From: Jimgerdemannia flammicorona
Taxonomy: Eukaryota
Direction: 5' to 3'
DNA length: 41,705 nt
NCBI GenBank assembly: GCA_003990765.1
Contig: RBNJ01000102.1
Location: forward strand, 1-41,705
Every line of letters begins with the position of its first letter. Within the stretch, counting starts at the first letter, position 1. The notes beneath the pieces are model-generated. The model worked only from the letters and a program-made list of their open reading frames with translations. It was not told the origin of the DNA and did not search any database. This document shows positions 1 through 12,089 of this stretch, piece by piece. Both the position numbers and the translations under genes were made by a program.

Positions 1-13
1 TGTCGTCATTTAG

Positions 14-663
14 CCTACATTGAGTCCGTTTCGATCGTCCCCGACTACAACCAATCCAGCAATGGTTTGCCCAATGTCAGTATGCTGATCAAGACCTCAA
101 ATCGCGAGCTGAAAGTCACCGCTCCTTCCAAGGAGAGGCACGATATTTGGTATCAGGTATGCTCACCGACGCTTATCGGTCTGTTTTCCATTACTGCTGA
201 TGATTGATGGAATAGGTATTCTTACTCACCAATGGCTTTATGATTTTTTTTTTTTTTTTAGTCTCTCTCATATCTCTTGTCTCGTCCCGGTGGCGAAACG
301 TTCTCCAGCATGAATGGGTCTGCCGAAGATCAAGAACCTCGGGAAGCTGTTAATTCTGTCATCGGCAAAAAGCGCAGTTTCCAGCGACTTCAATCTCTGT
401 TCAGCTCCAAGAGGGAGCCGTCCCCGATCTCACGTGAACATGTTGACGTCGCTGCGGCGTACCAAGCTAGCAACGGTGATGGCCTTGACGCCGACAGCGA
501 TGACGAGGAGCTCGAGAACATGCGCCAGTGCTGCGATGGCAAGCACGATTTGACCAAGCTCGAACGCGATCACCATCATCCTTCCCAACACCATTTATTC
601 CACGGTCGGTCAAAGGACAAGGAGGTTGCCCACAATAATTCCAGTAGCGTGTCGGCCGACTGA
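14..663 (+). CDS. NUM1: 3' end (last two exons, 14-156 and 262-663; GT-AG intron 157-261) of a Num1/ApsA/Mcp5-like cortical dynein-anchoring protein with a C-terminal PH domain
   Basis: The spliced translation YIESVSIVPDYNQSSNGLPNVSMLIKTSNRELKVTAPSKERHDIWYQ|SLSYLLSRP resembles the end of the Mcp5/Num1 PH domain. The tail LENMRQCCDGKHDLTKL resembles the ApsA/Num1 C-terminal CCDGKHD motif. The intron is phase 0 with a poly-T acceptor, and CpG content is normal. Confidence 0.8.
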
Positions 664-2196
664 ATAGTGCGTGGTCATGGTCGCTCATATTAGGACGCTT
701 GGACGGGCCGAGTTCTTCGGATGTCAATTATTTGGAAACACGGCGCAAATCACATAGCCCATGAAGAAACGATCAAAAAGGGTCTGCAGTCTTATTCCGC
801 AATTTGTGCTCGCCTCATGGACATCAGTCGGTCGGCACCCATCACATACCAAAGTTCATTAGACGTTTTTTCTTTTTTTTTTTTTTCGTTTTATTGTTCT
901 CCCTTCATCGCCTGGGTTCTTCATCTCTCTGATTCGGTCTTTGTAATTGTGATCGTCTCTTTGTGCTTTGGCGAGTTGACGATGTGTATGTACATACATT
1001 GAATTCTGCATATCCCCACCCCTCCTCCCTCCTCCGCATCTCATACCAAACCATACACCCTGTTTCTTCAGTTATCTGGTTCCTCTACAGGCCGAGTTTT
1101 CAGAATATTTCCCACTTTATTTGTCAATGTGGTCGTTACCATGTGGTCTTTCGCATATTTGTTTGATCGCGATGAGCACTCTGTTGAACGGTTTTTTACC
1201 CAGCAAGTATAACTATGGAAAAGTGAGGCCCCCAATTTTGATACCCAATCGCCACCACTGGTTACGCATAACATTCTCAGCTGGCTGTATTTGCTATTTT
1301 GCAATTCATTTTCTACCAGTCGACGACTTAAAAAATAATAATAATGTAATGGTAAATGATAGCAATGCTGGATTTCAAAAATTTGTGGCCGCTGCCTATT
1401 AATATAGTGCGCCAAGTCTGCCAAGTCTATAATTGACCTACGTTACAGCCACATAAGGAATTGATGAATCTGTAATTGACAACATGTGGTGGACGAACGA
1501 GCAAGGGTGGGAGTCGGGGGACGAATGAGCAATGGAGGTTGTGGGATGATGAATATGGAGGACAATTGATAGTGGAGGTTGAGAGAGAGATAAATGAGTA
1601 ATCAGCTCCTTTCTCCACTACCATACTGGTCACAAGGTTGGTAGGTGACCTTCTGAGTCCCCTTTTCCCTACTTTTACCCCCTCTATATCAGGTTGGTTT
1701 GCTGTACCTGTAAGGGCATGATGGGAGGGAGGCAATGGTGATGAATTGCCCCTTTATTGGTATTTTCTCCACTTTTTTGCAGTTTTTAGTATTTTTAGCT
1801 ATATCTGGGGTGTTCTCATTTTGGTATAGTACTTTCTTCCTTTTGCTATCATCAACAAGGTGTTGTCTGGTGTATCATAGGCTAAATATAGAGTCAGCTG
1901 ACCTTAGGTATCAAGTACCAGTATAGATTATCTGTAGGTTTCTGGTGCTTATAGTGGGGCCCTCTGAGCTTTAATAAGCTTCTCAGCAAATAAGGTTCTG
2001 ATATAAGTAATTGCTTTTAGAATGAAAGGGGAGATGATCATTATAGATAGGCAGAAGAACAATAACTATAGACCAGTAGGATGCTAGACTGGGGGTAGTT
2101 ATTAGAGTTAGTACAGACATTATCTTATGTAGTAAGACCTTTTGATTGGTTAATAGAAGGTGAGATGATATAGGAGTTAGTGTTCTAACTATATTC

Positions 2197-2337
2197 AACT
2201 AGAACTGAGAGCTGATGCAATAATGCAATTAAGACCCACAGGCTTGGGAAGTGGGTCCTTCCTTATTTGGCAGTATCTAATTAGAACTGGGAGCTGATAT
2301 AATAATATAATTGAGGTCTACAGGCTCAGAAAGTGGG
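2197..2337. repeat. Degenerate direct repeat (about 59-bp unit, 82-bp period)
   Basis: aactagaactgagagctgatgcaataatgcaattaagacccacaggcttgggaagtggg vs aattagaactgggagctgatataataatataattgaggtctacaggctcagaaagtggg; the differences are transitions. Confidence 0.7.
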
Positions 2338-2768
2338 AGTAGAGTCTTTTCAGACCTTAGCCTATATATTAGTCCTTTTGAGAGAGTCTTGTATATGTTC
2401 TTTACTCACTCACTTTGAATCTATTCGGTCTTCTATTAGCTAGTTGGGGTTTTTCTTTGCCTTGAGTCTTTGTTTGGGGGTTCAGAGGGCTATTTCTTAT
2501 TTAGTCTCAATATTACTAGATCTGATATATTGATATACTCTCATATATAATAGTTATAATGATTTAGCTCTAATGAATAGACAAGTCTGATCTATATAGT
2601 AAGAGTCAGTATATCTGATATACATATATATATAGCTAGAATAGTAGAACTGTAAGATAATTCAGTAGCCTAGATTAATGGGGGAATAATGTCTGATAGA
2701 TGGTGAGAGAGAGTTTTGGCCTATATAGTTTAGGTTCTCTTCTAATAAAATCTATGGGACATTGAGTC

Positions 2769-2772
<4 letters not shown>

Positions 2773-2806
<34 letters not shown>
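2773..2806. repeat. Poly(A) tract, 34 nt
   Basis: Seen directly. On the minus strand it reads poly-T followed by AACAG, like an intron acceptor. Confidence 0.9.
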
Positions 2807-2808
<2 letters not shown>

Positions 2809-2809
2809 A

Positions 2810-3300
2810 AGCTACTTCTTATTATATGTTCAAGGCTTATCTTACTGATATGTCTTAACTATTGATATATATTTATTGAATACATCAGGCATAGTTTTTG
2901 TATAAGTAGAGGCTTTTGTACCATTTAGTATCTCATTGATTATATAAAAATTTCTATATTTTAAAGCTATTATTAATCTTTTGTTATCATATAAATTATA
3001 TACTATTGTATCTTTTGAATATATATAGATCTTTTTATTACTGTGGGATATCATTTTTCCTATCAAAAAGTGATTCTTTCTGATTTCTAGAGTATACAGT
3101 ATATCCCCAAGAGTAGCAGTAGGCTTAATGACATTTCTGTAGAGATATATCTTCACATTTCCCTTTTCTTGAGTATAGATGATGATGTTGTCTCCTAATT
3201 TAATAGGTACAGAGTGTTTGAAAGGCTCATATATAGAGATACATTCCCTATATAGCATCATATAATGTATGGCTCCAGAATCTATTAATTAGATATTATT
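2810..3300 (-). pseudogene. Decayed Ty1/Copia fragment: aspartic protease to GAG-pre-integrase
   Basis: Minus strand reads LIDSGAIHYMMLYRECISIYEPFKHSVPIKLGDNIIIYTQEKGNVKI, matching the Copia WxxDSGATxHM...I.LGD....A.G.G.V pattern. Confidence 0.75.
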
Positions 3301-3559
3301 GTTATTAGCTATATTGGTGGATTTGCTACTGATAGATGTATACTTGGAGAATATATAATTGTTGGTAGTGTTGACATCATTGCCACTTTTCATCAAATGA
3401 AAAGTATTTTGCTGACTGGGATTTATAGATGATAAGTTGGTGGATTTGGCAGTAGATATTGTAAAAGAGAGTGATTTTATTGAAGTTACATAGATTATAT
3501 ATTTCTCTGTATTACTAATAAATGATATAAATCTGATAGAATGATACAAGGTTATGTGC

Positions 3560-4197
3560 TGACATATTGAGTTACCATCTCAATAAGTAGAATATCTCTT
3601 CCATAGAAACACTCATTCTCCAAGAGAATAAATAATTATATCTTCTCTAAATTAGCCTTACTGTATATTCTATAATTATCCAGATAGTAACTATACTTAT
3701 ATAAAATATTTTAAAGATTTGAGTGATTAAATCTCAGTATAAAAATTTAAAAGATAAGTCTATTTATAATATACTTCAAGAGATATATCTGCTAAGAGCT
3801 ACTTGATCTAAAAAAAAAATTACAATACTTAGAAGAAATATCTACTCTTTACTATTAAGATAATTGTAAGCTTTATTCTCTTTTTCACTTTAGTATATTT
3901 TTCAATATAAAGAAGTTTACTTATTTTGGTCTACTTGCTAGATAAAGTCTGATGATTTGCTATTACTTAAAGAGAAATTTACTAAATTTACCATATTATA
4001 TAGAATTTGCACTAATTAGAAAATTACTAAAATTATCTATATTATACAAATAAGAGAACTTGCATCTCTTTCTGAAAGAAAGACCAATAGAACTATTGAA
4101 TATTTTGTTACTTTTTGACAAAGTAACTAGAAAAGCAAGCCAATCTATATAGCTGATCTACTTATATAGTTTGTCTCTATTGAGCTAGTATATTATA
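3560..4197 (+). mobile_element. Heavily decayed LTR related to Gypsy-A (5' boundary uncertain)
   Basis: 3675-3745 matches the LTR-A segment ccagatagcaaccaacttgtataaa...gagtgaataaacctcag. 4098-4197 matches the LTR-A 3' end gaacattttgttgc...attgagccggcacgttaca, mostly through C>T and G>A changes. Confidence 0.65.
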
Positions 4198-4199
4198 TA

Positions 4200-5205
4200 T
4201 ATATAGTACTATATAACTATAACACTAGTTCTCATATAATCCAATCTACAGAAATCATTTATATTATATATAGATATCTCTAAGAATATTCTTAGAGAAA
4301 TGCTTACTCAAGAATATCTGATCAGTAGTACTAAAAATAGCTTATAAGTTGAGCTATCAATAAACAGTAAGCCAGTTATAATAGTACTAAATTGAAATAT
4401 CTTATAGTTATATGAGTAGTTATATCTTATTCAAGTATCATTTTATCAGAAAAAAATTCATCTTGATAACTAATTATACTACTTACAAATAGCTACTCTC
4501 TGTAAAAACACTATTAAAATTCTTATCTACTAAATTTTAATTCTAAATCGCTATTATCTATAAAGTAAAAAAGATCTATAATAATATTAATATAGTTTCT
4601 TATATAACTCATAAACTGGAAGATAAATATATCTAAAAACTATACTCTAAAGAGAGTTCTTATAACTACTAAGAAATAAGAAAATCTCATCTGATAAGAA
4701 TATTAAAAAGTCTATCAAGGACAGATAAGCTAAGAGAAGAAGTGGTAAAAAATATATCAACACTAGTCTCACCTCAGAATATTAGTCAGAGATATCCTCA
4801 GAAGATAAATATCTGTTAGAAGTTTGAAGGAAAGAAGAATTATCAAGTATAATTATAACTAATCCCACTATCTATTTATATCTTTCAAAGATAGAGAATA
4901 GATATAATAGATTTTCTATCAGAATACTAAGAAGAAATAAATATATTCAAATATTTAACCAAGTAGTCTGAGATATTTTTATTGAAAATTGCAGATATCT
5001 GGATTATTATAGATCTCTTCTATAATATTACTCTCTGATATAGATCTTTAGAAGAATTTCTCTCAGACTATAGAATTAATTTTATATATAAATTTATAAA
5101 ATCTGCCTAAAAAGAACTATATTCTATTATCTTCAAACTAATAAAATAAGAGAACAAATAAATCAGATCATTAAAAAGAAACTTGCTCAAGTTAATTTTA
5201 CTATA
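4200..5205 (+). pseudogene. Heavily decayed RNase H-integrase of the Gypsy-A family
   Basis: ccaatctacagaaatcatttatattatatatagat corresponds to ccaatctacagaagccattcatcttgtatacagat near 21463. aatcagatcattaaaaagaaacttgctcaagttaat corresponds to aaccagaccatcaagaaagaacttgcccaagtcaat near 22433. Confidence 0.75.
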
Positions 5206-5553
5206 ATAAAACTATATACTAATAGAATTAATATATTGAAGATAGTCAATAATAACTATTGACTCTAAGTTCTAAGTTCTTAAGGAAACACTGAGTTCTA
5301 ATTATCTATTATAATAGAGTCTAGGTATCACTTTTAAGTTCTTATACTGATAGAAGTATTGTACTTATATTCTAAGTTGATCATACTCAGAATTATTAGT
5401 AAGTCAGATCTAAGATATTAAAATTCTGATTATTATAACTCAATAATATGACTTATATAACTATATTATTCTTAATTATATTACTAATTTCAACATATAA
5501 ATATATACTATCTAAAATAATAAACAATGCTTCCTCTTTTCTCTCTACTCTAT

Positions 5554-7049
5554 TGTAATGGACCAGAACATACTACCCGAATTATAACTTAGCCAGATGA
5601 TACGAACAATTAGCATACTTACTCAGCATGATGTGACTTCCAGTGTATCATAGTTACTCATGCCCACCACACTTATAATTAGCCAAGACACCAGATCAGG
5701 ATTGTTTACCTGTGTCCTGAGGACACACTCATGTCCTGCAGACACACTCATATCCTGCAGACACACTCATGTCCTGCGGACACACTCATGTCCTGTGGAC
5801 ACACCTGTACCCAGAGGACACACCTAAACATTACCAAAGATAGCAAATGTATAATTAGCCACATAGTAACCAGATAGCAACCAACTTGTATAAATTACCC
5901 CAGTGGTGAGAGTGAATAAAACCTCAGTCCGAATTGAAGTGCAAACCAAAGAAGCCTCTAAAGATTGAGCAATTGGTCCCCTTATTCCCACTCTGGTCCA
6001 CTTTCCGATACAAAGAAGAGTTTGTTACGTTTTTGGTTCGCTTGCCAGATAAGCCTGAAGATTTGCCGCCTAAGTTCAAGGAGAACTTCGCCGCCTTTTG
6101 AAGAGTAACCCGCCGCTTAAGGAATAAGCCGCTGTTTCCAAGTTATCCTCCACCTTCCCAAGAAAGCCGCCTTGCTTAAGCCAGTTTCTGATGCAACTTC
6201 ACAGTGATTCGTCGCGCAAACGAAGCCAGTCTTTGATGTAACTTTGCCAAGAGACCCTTTCCCAAAAGCCGCCATCCGGTTTCCCAGTTGAAGCCGCTGT
6301 TCTCGAGTTATCCGCATTCCCAGAAGCTCGCCAATCCAGGAGAATCCGCGTCATCCGCCGCCTTTTGAGTTAATCCGCCGTATTCCCAGTTGAAGCCGCT
6401 GTTCTCGAGTTATCCGCATTCCCAGAAGCTCGCCAATCCAGGAGAATCCGCGTCATCCGCCGCCTTTTGAGTTAATCCGCCGTATTCCCAGTTGAAGCCG
6501 CCGATTGAGAAGAATCCGCAACATCCGAGTTATTCGTCATTCCCAGTGAGCCCGAGTTATCAAGTTATCTGCCACCCACATTATTCCCAGAAAGAAGAAC
6601 CTGCGCCTTACATTCCCAGTGAGCCAAATCGAGCTATCCGCCAGAAATCACATACTTTTGGAAATCGTCGCGCTACACAAAGAAATCGCCCGCCACCCAA
6701 GAAGGAGAACCGCTAAATTGCCAGACCGTCACGCATAAGGAGATCGTCGCGCTACACAGAGATCGTCATGCAGAAATCAGAAGATTGTCACTCAAGAAGG
6801 AAACCGCTCATGCTACACACAAATTGTGCCATTACCAGTTGACCCAAGAAGGAGAAGACACACAAATCGCTGCTATACCCAGAGAACTGTCCCAATAAGG
6901 AAATCGCTCGCATAGTATCCAGATCTTGACTATTATACCGCTAAACACCAAGAACATTTTGTTGCTTTTAACAAAGTAACTGGAGGCTCAAGCCAAACTA
7001 CATCAACCCCCAACCTTGTAATTTGCCTCCATTGAGCCGGCACGTTACA
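5554..7049 (+). mobile_element. Solo LTR of the Gypsy-A family with a 4-bp TSD (CTAT)
   Basis: TGTAA...TTACA termini, colinear with the LTRs at 14476-15879 and 23463-24809. CTAT lies at 5550-5553 and 7050-7053. It holds four copies of the 19-bp gacacactcatgtcctgca unit. Confidence 0.93.
6281..6501. repeat. 102-bp tandem duplication (about 2.2 copies) inside the solo LTR
   Basis: ttcccagttgaagccgc recurs at 6281, 6383 and 6485, and the units appear identical. Confidence 0.9.
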
Positions 7050-7367
7050 CTATATTCTAACTAAAATACAATAAAGGTTATGAGTTCTACTTAGTAGCTA
7101 ATACTTCTCTAAGACTAAATACTACTCTATGTTAAGATATTGGTACAGACAAATCAAGGAGTCTGTATGAGTATACTAGCTATAGTAGATACAGATATCC
7201 TCAGAATATATATAATGGTCATAGTCTCTATAGCAAATATAAATACAGCTAAGAGATCAATTTGTATCTTTGATAATAAGGATTATATTATTTAGATATT
7301 CTATATGAGCAAACAAGAGGAGTGAAGAGGTAGAAGACTAAAGATGAATGGGTTTGAGAGTAGAGAA

Positions 7368-7710
7368 GGGAGAGAGATTGTCCAAATTGAGAAAGATAAG
7401 AGAGGTTAATATGAGAGAGCAGAGATCTAATCAAATGAAGCTATTAGACAATCAATATATCCTTAAATATAAAAACTCTGATCTCTTTTGTACACCAATC
7501 TGGCAAAGTTATTCAAATTGTTTATAAGAGTAGATATAAGCCAAAACTAGCTCCAATATACCAAGTGTTAGAGAGAGAGAGGAAATAGAAGAATGAGAAA
7601 ATTGGAAAGAAAGGGATTACCCAAAGAGAGAGAGAGAGATTGCCCAGAGAGAGAGAAATTGACTGAAGAGAGAGATTGCCCAAATTGAAAAAGATAAAAG
7701 AGAGAAGGGA
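7368..7710. repeat. Purine-rich (AG) degenerate repeats
   Basis: gagagagattg(t/c)ccaaattga(g/a)aaagataa occurs at about 7370 and 7668, with shorter gagagagattgccc copies between. Confidence 0.6.
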
Positions 7711-8479
7711 TCAATGTGAGAGAGTGAAGACCTGGATATAAAATGCTAAATGATATTATATTAGATAAATTGTAGGTAGTTTATACTATTTTTTCCAGTA
7801 GATAACAGAATGGAATTATAAGTGATAGAATCAGAAATGGTATCAACTGCTTGGGGTAATTAAATTAATTATGTAACTGACTTTACACCACTTTACCACT
7901 TTGCTACTTAGCCATATTTCATTCTAACTTCTTTCACTTCTTTCCTCTCATTATTTCTGAGATCCTCCTAAGACTTTTCCTTTTATAAAACTATTAAAAA
8001 AACTCCATCCTTCTAGCAACAGTGTAACTTTGGTTAACAAGGTTATAAGACCATTCCTCTGCTACTCTATAAGTTCTCTATACTATGACTATGTCTTTGA
8101 AATAGCTGTATCTTGGCAGTAGTTGGGTCTTTGCAATGGCTGGATCTTTGTAATAGTTGGGTTACTATTTTCACCAAAGTTGTTTTTTGGAGTCTACTGG
8201 TCATTAATATATTTGAAAATTCATATATATGCTCTGTTATTCACAGAGATCCTGCTTTTATATTATATGTATCAGAGAATTATCCCCTCTATCAAGAATT
8301 TGCTCTTTATATATAAAGGTATATTTGTTAGTTAGGATATATACATGAGTACAGGTCTCAGGAGCTGTACAATTTTTTTTTAGAAAGAATCTGTATAATA
8401 TATAATGATCTAACTTAGAAGAATCTATATAATATATGTATAATGATCTGACCCAGAAGAATCTGTATAATGTATGATG

Positions 8480-9370
8480 ATCTGATACACTATATTCTGA
8501 TAGCAACTCTACCTTATGATTCCAATATACTATATTCTGATGATGCATCTGACTTCCTGCACTCTATCTTCTGTATTCTGATAACTCAACTTCTAGTATT
8601 CTACCTTCTATATTCTAACAACCTGATTTCCTACACTCTACCTTCTCTATTCTAATGATCTGACTTCTATACTCTATTCTCTATATTCTGACAACCTATC
8701 ATATTCTGATGATATACCCAATTTCCTGCACTCTATCTTCTATATTCTGATGACCTGACTTATGATACTCTATCTTCTATATTCTAATGATCTGATTTTC
8801 CACACTCTACCTTGTGTGTTCTGATAATCTGACTTCTATACTCTATCCTCTATATTCTGATGACCTACTATATTCTGATAATATATCTGATTTCCTGCAC
8901 TCTACTTTCTATATTCTGACAATCTGACTTCCTATATTCAGCCTTCTATATTCTGATGGCCCAACTTCCTACACTCTATCTTCTGTATTCTGATGATATA
9001 CCCAATTTCCTATACTCTACCTTCTGCTGACTTCCTGTACTCTACAACCTACTATATTCTGATGATATAATCAACTTTCCACACTCTACCTTCTGCTGAC
9101 TTCCTGCACTCTATAACCCACTATATTCTGATAATGTGCCTGATTTCTAGTACTCTACCTTTTGTATTCTGATGATCTATCATATTCTGACAATGTACCT
9201 AATTTTCTATACTCTATCTTCTGTATTCTGATGACCCAATATATTCTGATGATGCATCTGACTTCCTGTATTTTTCTGTATTCTGATAACCAACTTCCAA
9301 CCATATTCCAGTGACCCAACTTCTTATACTCTATCTTCTATATTTGGACCATCCACTATATTCTAATGAT
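8480..9370. repeat. Degenerate minisatellite (about 35-bp units with variable inserts)
   Basis: Many copies of gacttcctgcactctatcttctatattctgatgaccc-like units. Confidence 0.85.
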
Positions 9371-11721
9371 ATACTTAAAGATCTCAATATCCAAGATATG
9401 CTCACAGAGGCCTATTAATCCAGAGGTGAACCAAGATATCCAAATAATATCTAAGATAAAGAAAAAAAATAGCCAAGCCTCCACCAAGTTCTCAAGCCAT
9501 AGTAATAGAAACTCTATTAAGCCACTACCTCCAGCTGATGAAAATCTCCCTCCTGGGTACCCTGAGCTACTGCAGATACCTAAACCACTGATGAATTACC
9601 AGAACCTTTCCAAACCTTCAAGTGGTAATCTTTCTGAGCCATTTCTTGATCAAAGTAACTTCTCTGAGCTATTGCTGGGTCATGGGGGCACTAGTGAGGG
9701 TATCTTAAAGTCATTGCTTCTCAAGTTGCCAATCTCTAAACTGCCACTCCCCAAATCACTGCTGCTCCCCCAAACTACTACTTCTCAAACTACTGCTACT
9801 CTCCAAACCACTATTCTCTAAACTATTACTCTCTAAATAGCTGATCTCCAAACTACTACTCCTCAAACTGCTGCTCCTTTCCAAACCACCAGTCCTCAAA
9901 CCACTACTCCCCAAACCATTACTCAGTTATAAGCAAGACCTTTAAGACAGATTTAGAAGTGATACTAATGATATCACAACTCTGCTAATCAAAATTCCAG
10001 TATACCATCTATATTATTATCTTCAAATTCAAGATAAAGATGAGTTAGATAAGTTTGTATATATAATTCCAGATATGTTTATATTTATAATATTTAAATT
10101 AAATTTAATTATTTATTATTATCTTTAAATTATATTATATATAGTATATATATTATAAATAATAATCTTGAAGATAATGATCTTGAAGATAAAAACTTAT
10201 CACAGTATGTAAGTCTACTATATTATCTGAGTCCATCATATTACCTAAGTCCACAATATCATCCAAGTCCACAATATCATCTAAGTCTACTATATTACCC
10301 AAGTCTGCTATATTGCCAAAGTCTGCTACATCACCCAAGTCTGCCATATTGTCCAAATCCAAGTCCAAGTCCATCATACCACCCAAGTCTACCATATCAT
10401 TCAAGTTCAAGTCCATCATATTGCCTAAGTCTATCATATTGCCCAAGTCTATCACATTCCCCAAGTCTATCACATTACTTAAGTCTATCATATCACCAAA
10501 GTCTATTATGTTGCCCAAGTCTATTACATTGCCTAAGTCTATCATATAGCTACTTCTTTCAGAATTATAGAAAGTCTCAGTGATAAATATCATTCTTGTG
10601 ATCAAGATGTCTGTTCTTCAGAAGTAGGTATAATTAATTTTATATATTCTAAGAATTTCTGTTCAATATCTGGTATTAATTCAGACATCTATATTTATTT
10701 ATAGTATTAAGAGATACTCTCAAAAAGTCAAAGTTAATATTATATATATAAAATATAGATAGAGTAATATTCTTTGGCAGTTAGCTATACAACAAGTTTA
10801 CAAATTTATCTTCTTAGAGAATGCTTGGCCAGATGTTACAGAGCAGAAAAAAAATTATCTCTCTGAAACTATATATTGTTAATAATGAGCAGGATCTGTC
10901 TTCTTAGATAGATATATTTTTGTTGAATTTATTTATAGTACTCTAAATTTTATGAGATTTATAATTATATATATATCATCAAATAGATTATTAGAGAGAT
11001 ATCACAAACTTGAAGTAAAGCAAAAGAATATTGTATCAATTTTTTAAGTACATTATTCTTGGATGTCAACCTTCAGTTCTCAATCAATATACCTTTCAAA
11101 GATATCAAGGAGCTCAAACAGAAGGCATTGCAACCTCTCATTGGTCTGAAAGACAGTCCAAATGCTTACTTTATTTATATACCACTAACTTACAATCTTG
11201 ATGAAGAAGGAGCTATTAGATATAATGATAATAGAAACTCTATTATTCTGATACCAGTACAAGAACCTTTCTACTCACTATATATTATCTCTGCTTTTTA
11301 GTTATTGTAGTTTGGAGAAAAATCTTGATTTAAGATTATAACATTAGATCTTACTATATCTCAGCTTTCATTCGTCTGTAGTTTAGTAAGTTTTTTTTTT
11401 TTTTTAAATAATATAATTTAATATATATTAGATTAAATACTAATTTTATATCTATAATCTATATAATCTATAACTTATAAACATATATAGTTGGGGCATC
11501 TCTATACTGATAGTCTGATAGAGAAGTTTGAAGATAAAACAGAATCACCTCAGTACTACAAGTGGATGAAATAAATTCAAAATTTGATTGATAAAAAAAA
11601 ATTAGATCTCAAGACTCTATGGAAGTAGGTAGTTATAGTATCTAAGATAGGTTTAAGAGTTGATACAGCTGAAGAACACTCTGAACCTAATATTTTAGAT
11701 ATATTAGATGACTGGATTTAA
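9370..11721 (+). pseudogene. Decayed intron-containing gene with a low-complexity N-terminus and a possible DUF6532-like C-terminal domain (probably TE-borne)
   Basis: Fragments QLAIQQVYKFIFLENAWPD, EPFYSLYIISAF*LL*FGEKS, LTISQLSFVCSL (then a GT...AG intron at about 11385-11431) and KFEDKTESPQYYKWM resemble my recollection of the DUF6532 pattern. No search was run. Confidence 0.35.
10205..10550. repeat. 18-bp tandem repeat (ccaagtctatcatattgc-like)
   Basis: The periodicity explains the repetitive ORFs 10153-10605 (-) and 10313-10549 (+). Confidence 0.88.
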
Positions 11722-11739
11722 ATTCATATTGTTAACTTG

Positions 11740-12000
11740 CAGTCTATCATTATCTTGTAGTATATATATCATCTCATTATCTTGCAGTCTATTGTTATCT
11801 TGCAGGTCCATCATTCTATTATTATCTTGTAGATCTATCATCATCTTGCAGTCTATCTTACAGTCTATCTTATAGGGTTGTTCTGTACTTTGTCATTCTG
11901 CACTTTGTCATTCTGTACTTCATCATTCTATACTTTATTATTCTGTACTTCATTGTTCTGTACTTTGTTATTTTGTACTTCATCATTTTGTATTCACTGC
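11740..12000. repeat. Two short degenerate tandem arrays (tcattatcttgcagtct-like, then 15-bp tcattctgtacttYR)
   Basis: Seen directly. Confidence 0.75.
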
Positions 12001-12089
12001 ATCATCCATTATCTGATATCTATTATGTAGTTTTATTTCATTCATTATTTTATCTCTAGTATTCTATAATAAAAGATAATTGAAGAATA

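Noticed and set aside
721-1424. Short ORFs downstream of the Num1-like gene
   Set aside because: No recognisable motifs; consistent with 3' UTR or intergenic sequence.
2773-2806. Poly(A) tail of a LINE or SINE
   Set aside because: No TSD, RT or endonuclease motif was recognised upstream, and similar homopolymer runs occur in introns throughout the window.
10153-10605. 150-aa DLGN-repeat protein
   Set aside because: It is the translation of an 18-bp tandem repeat on the strand opposite the surrounding gene remnant.
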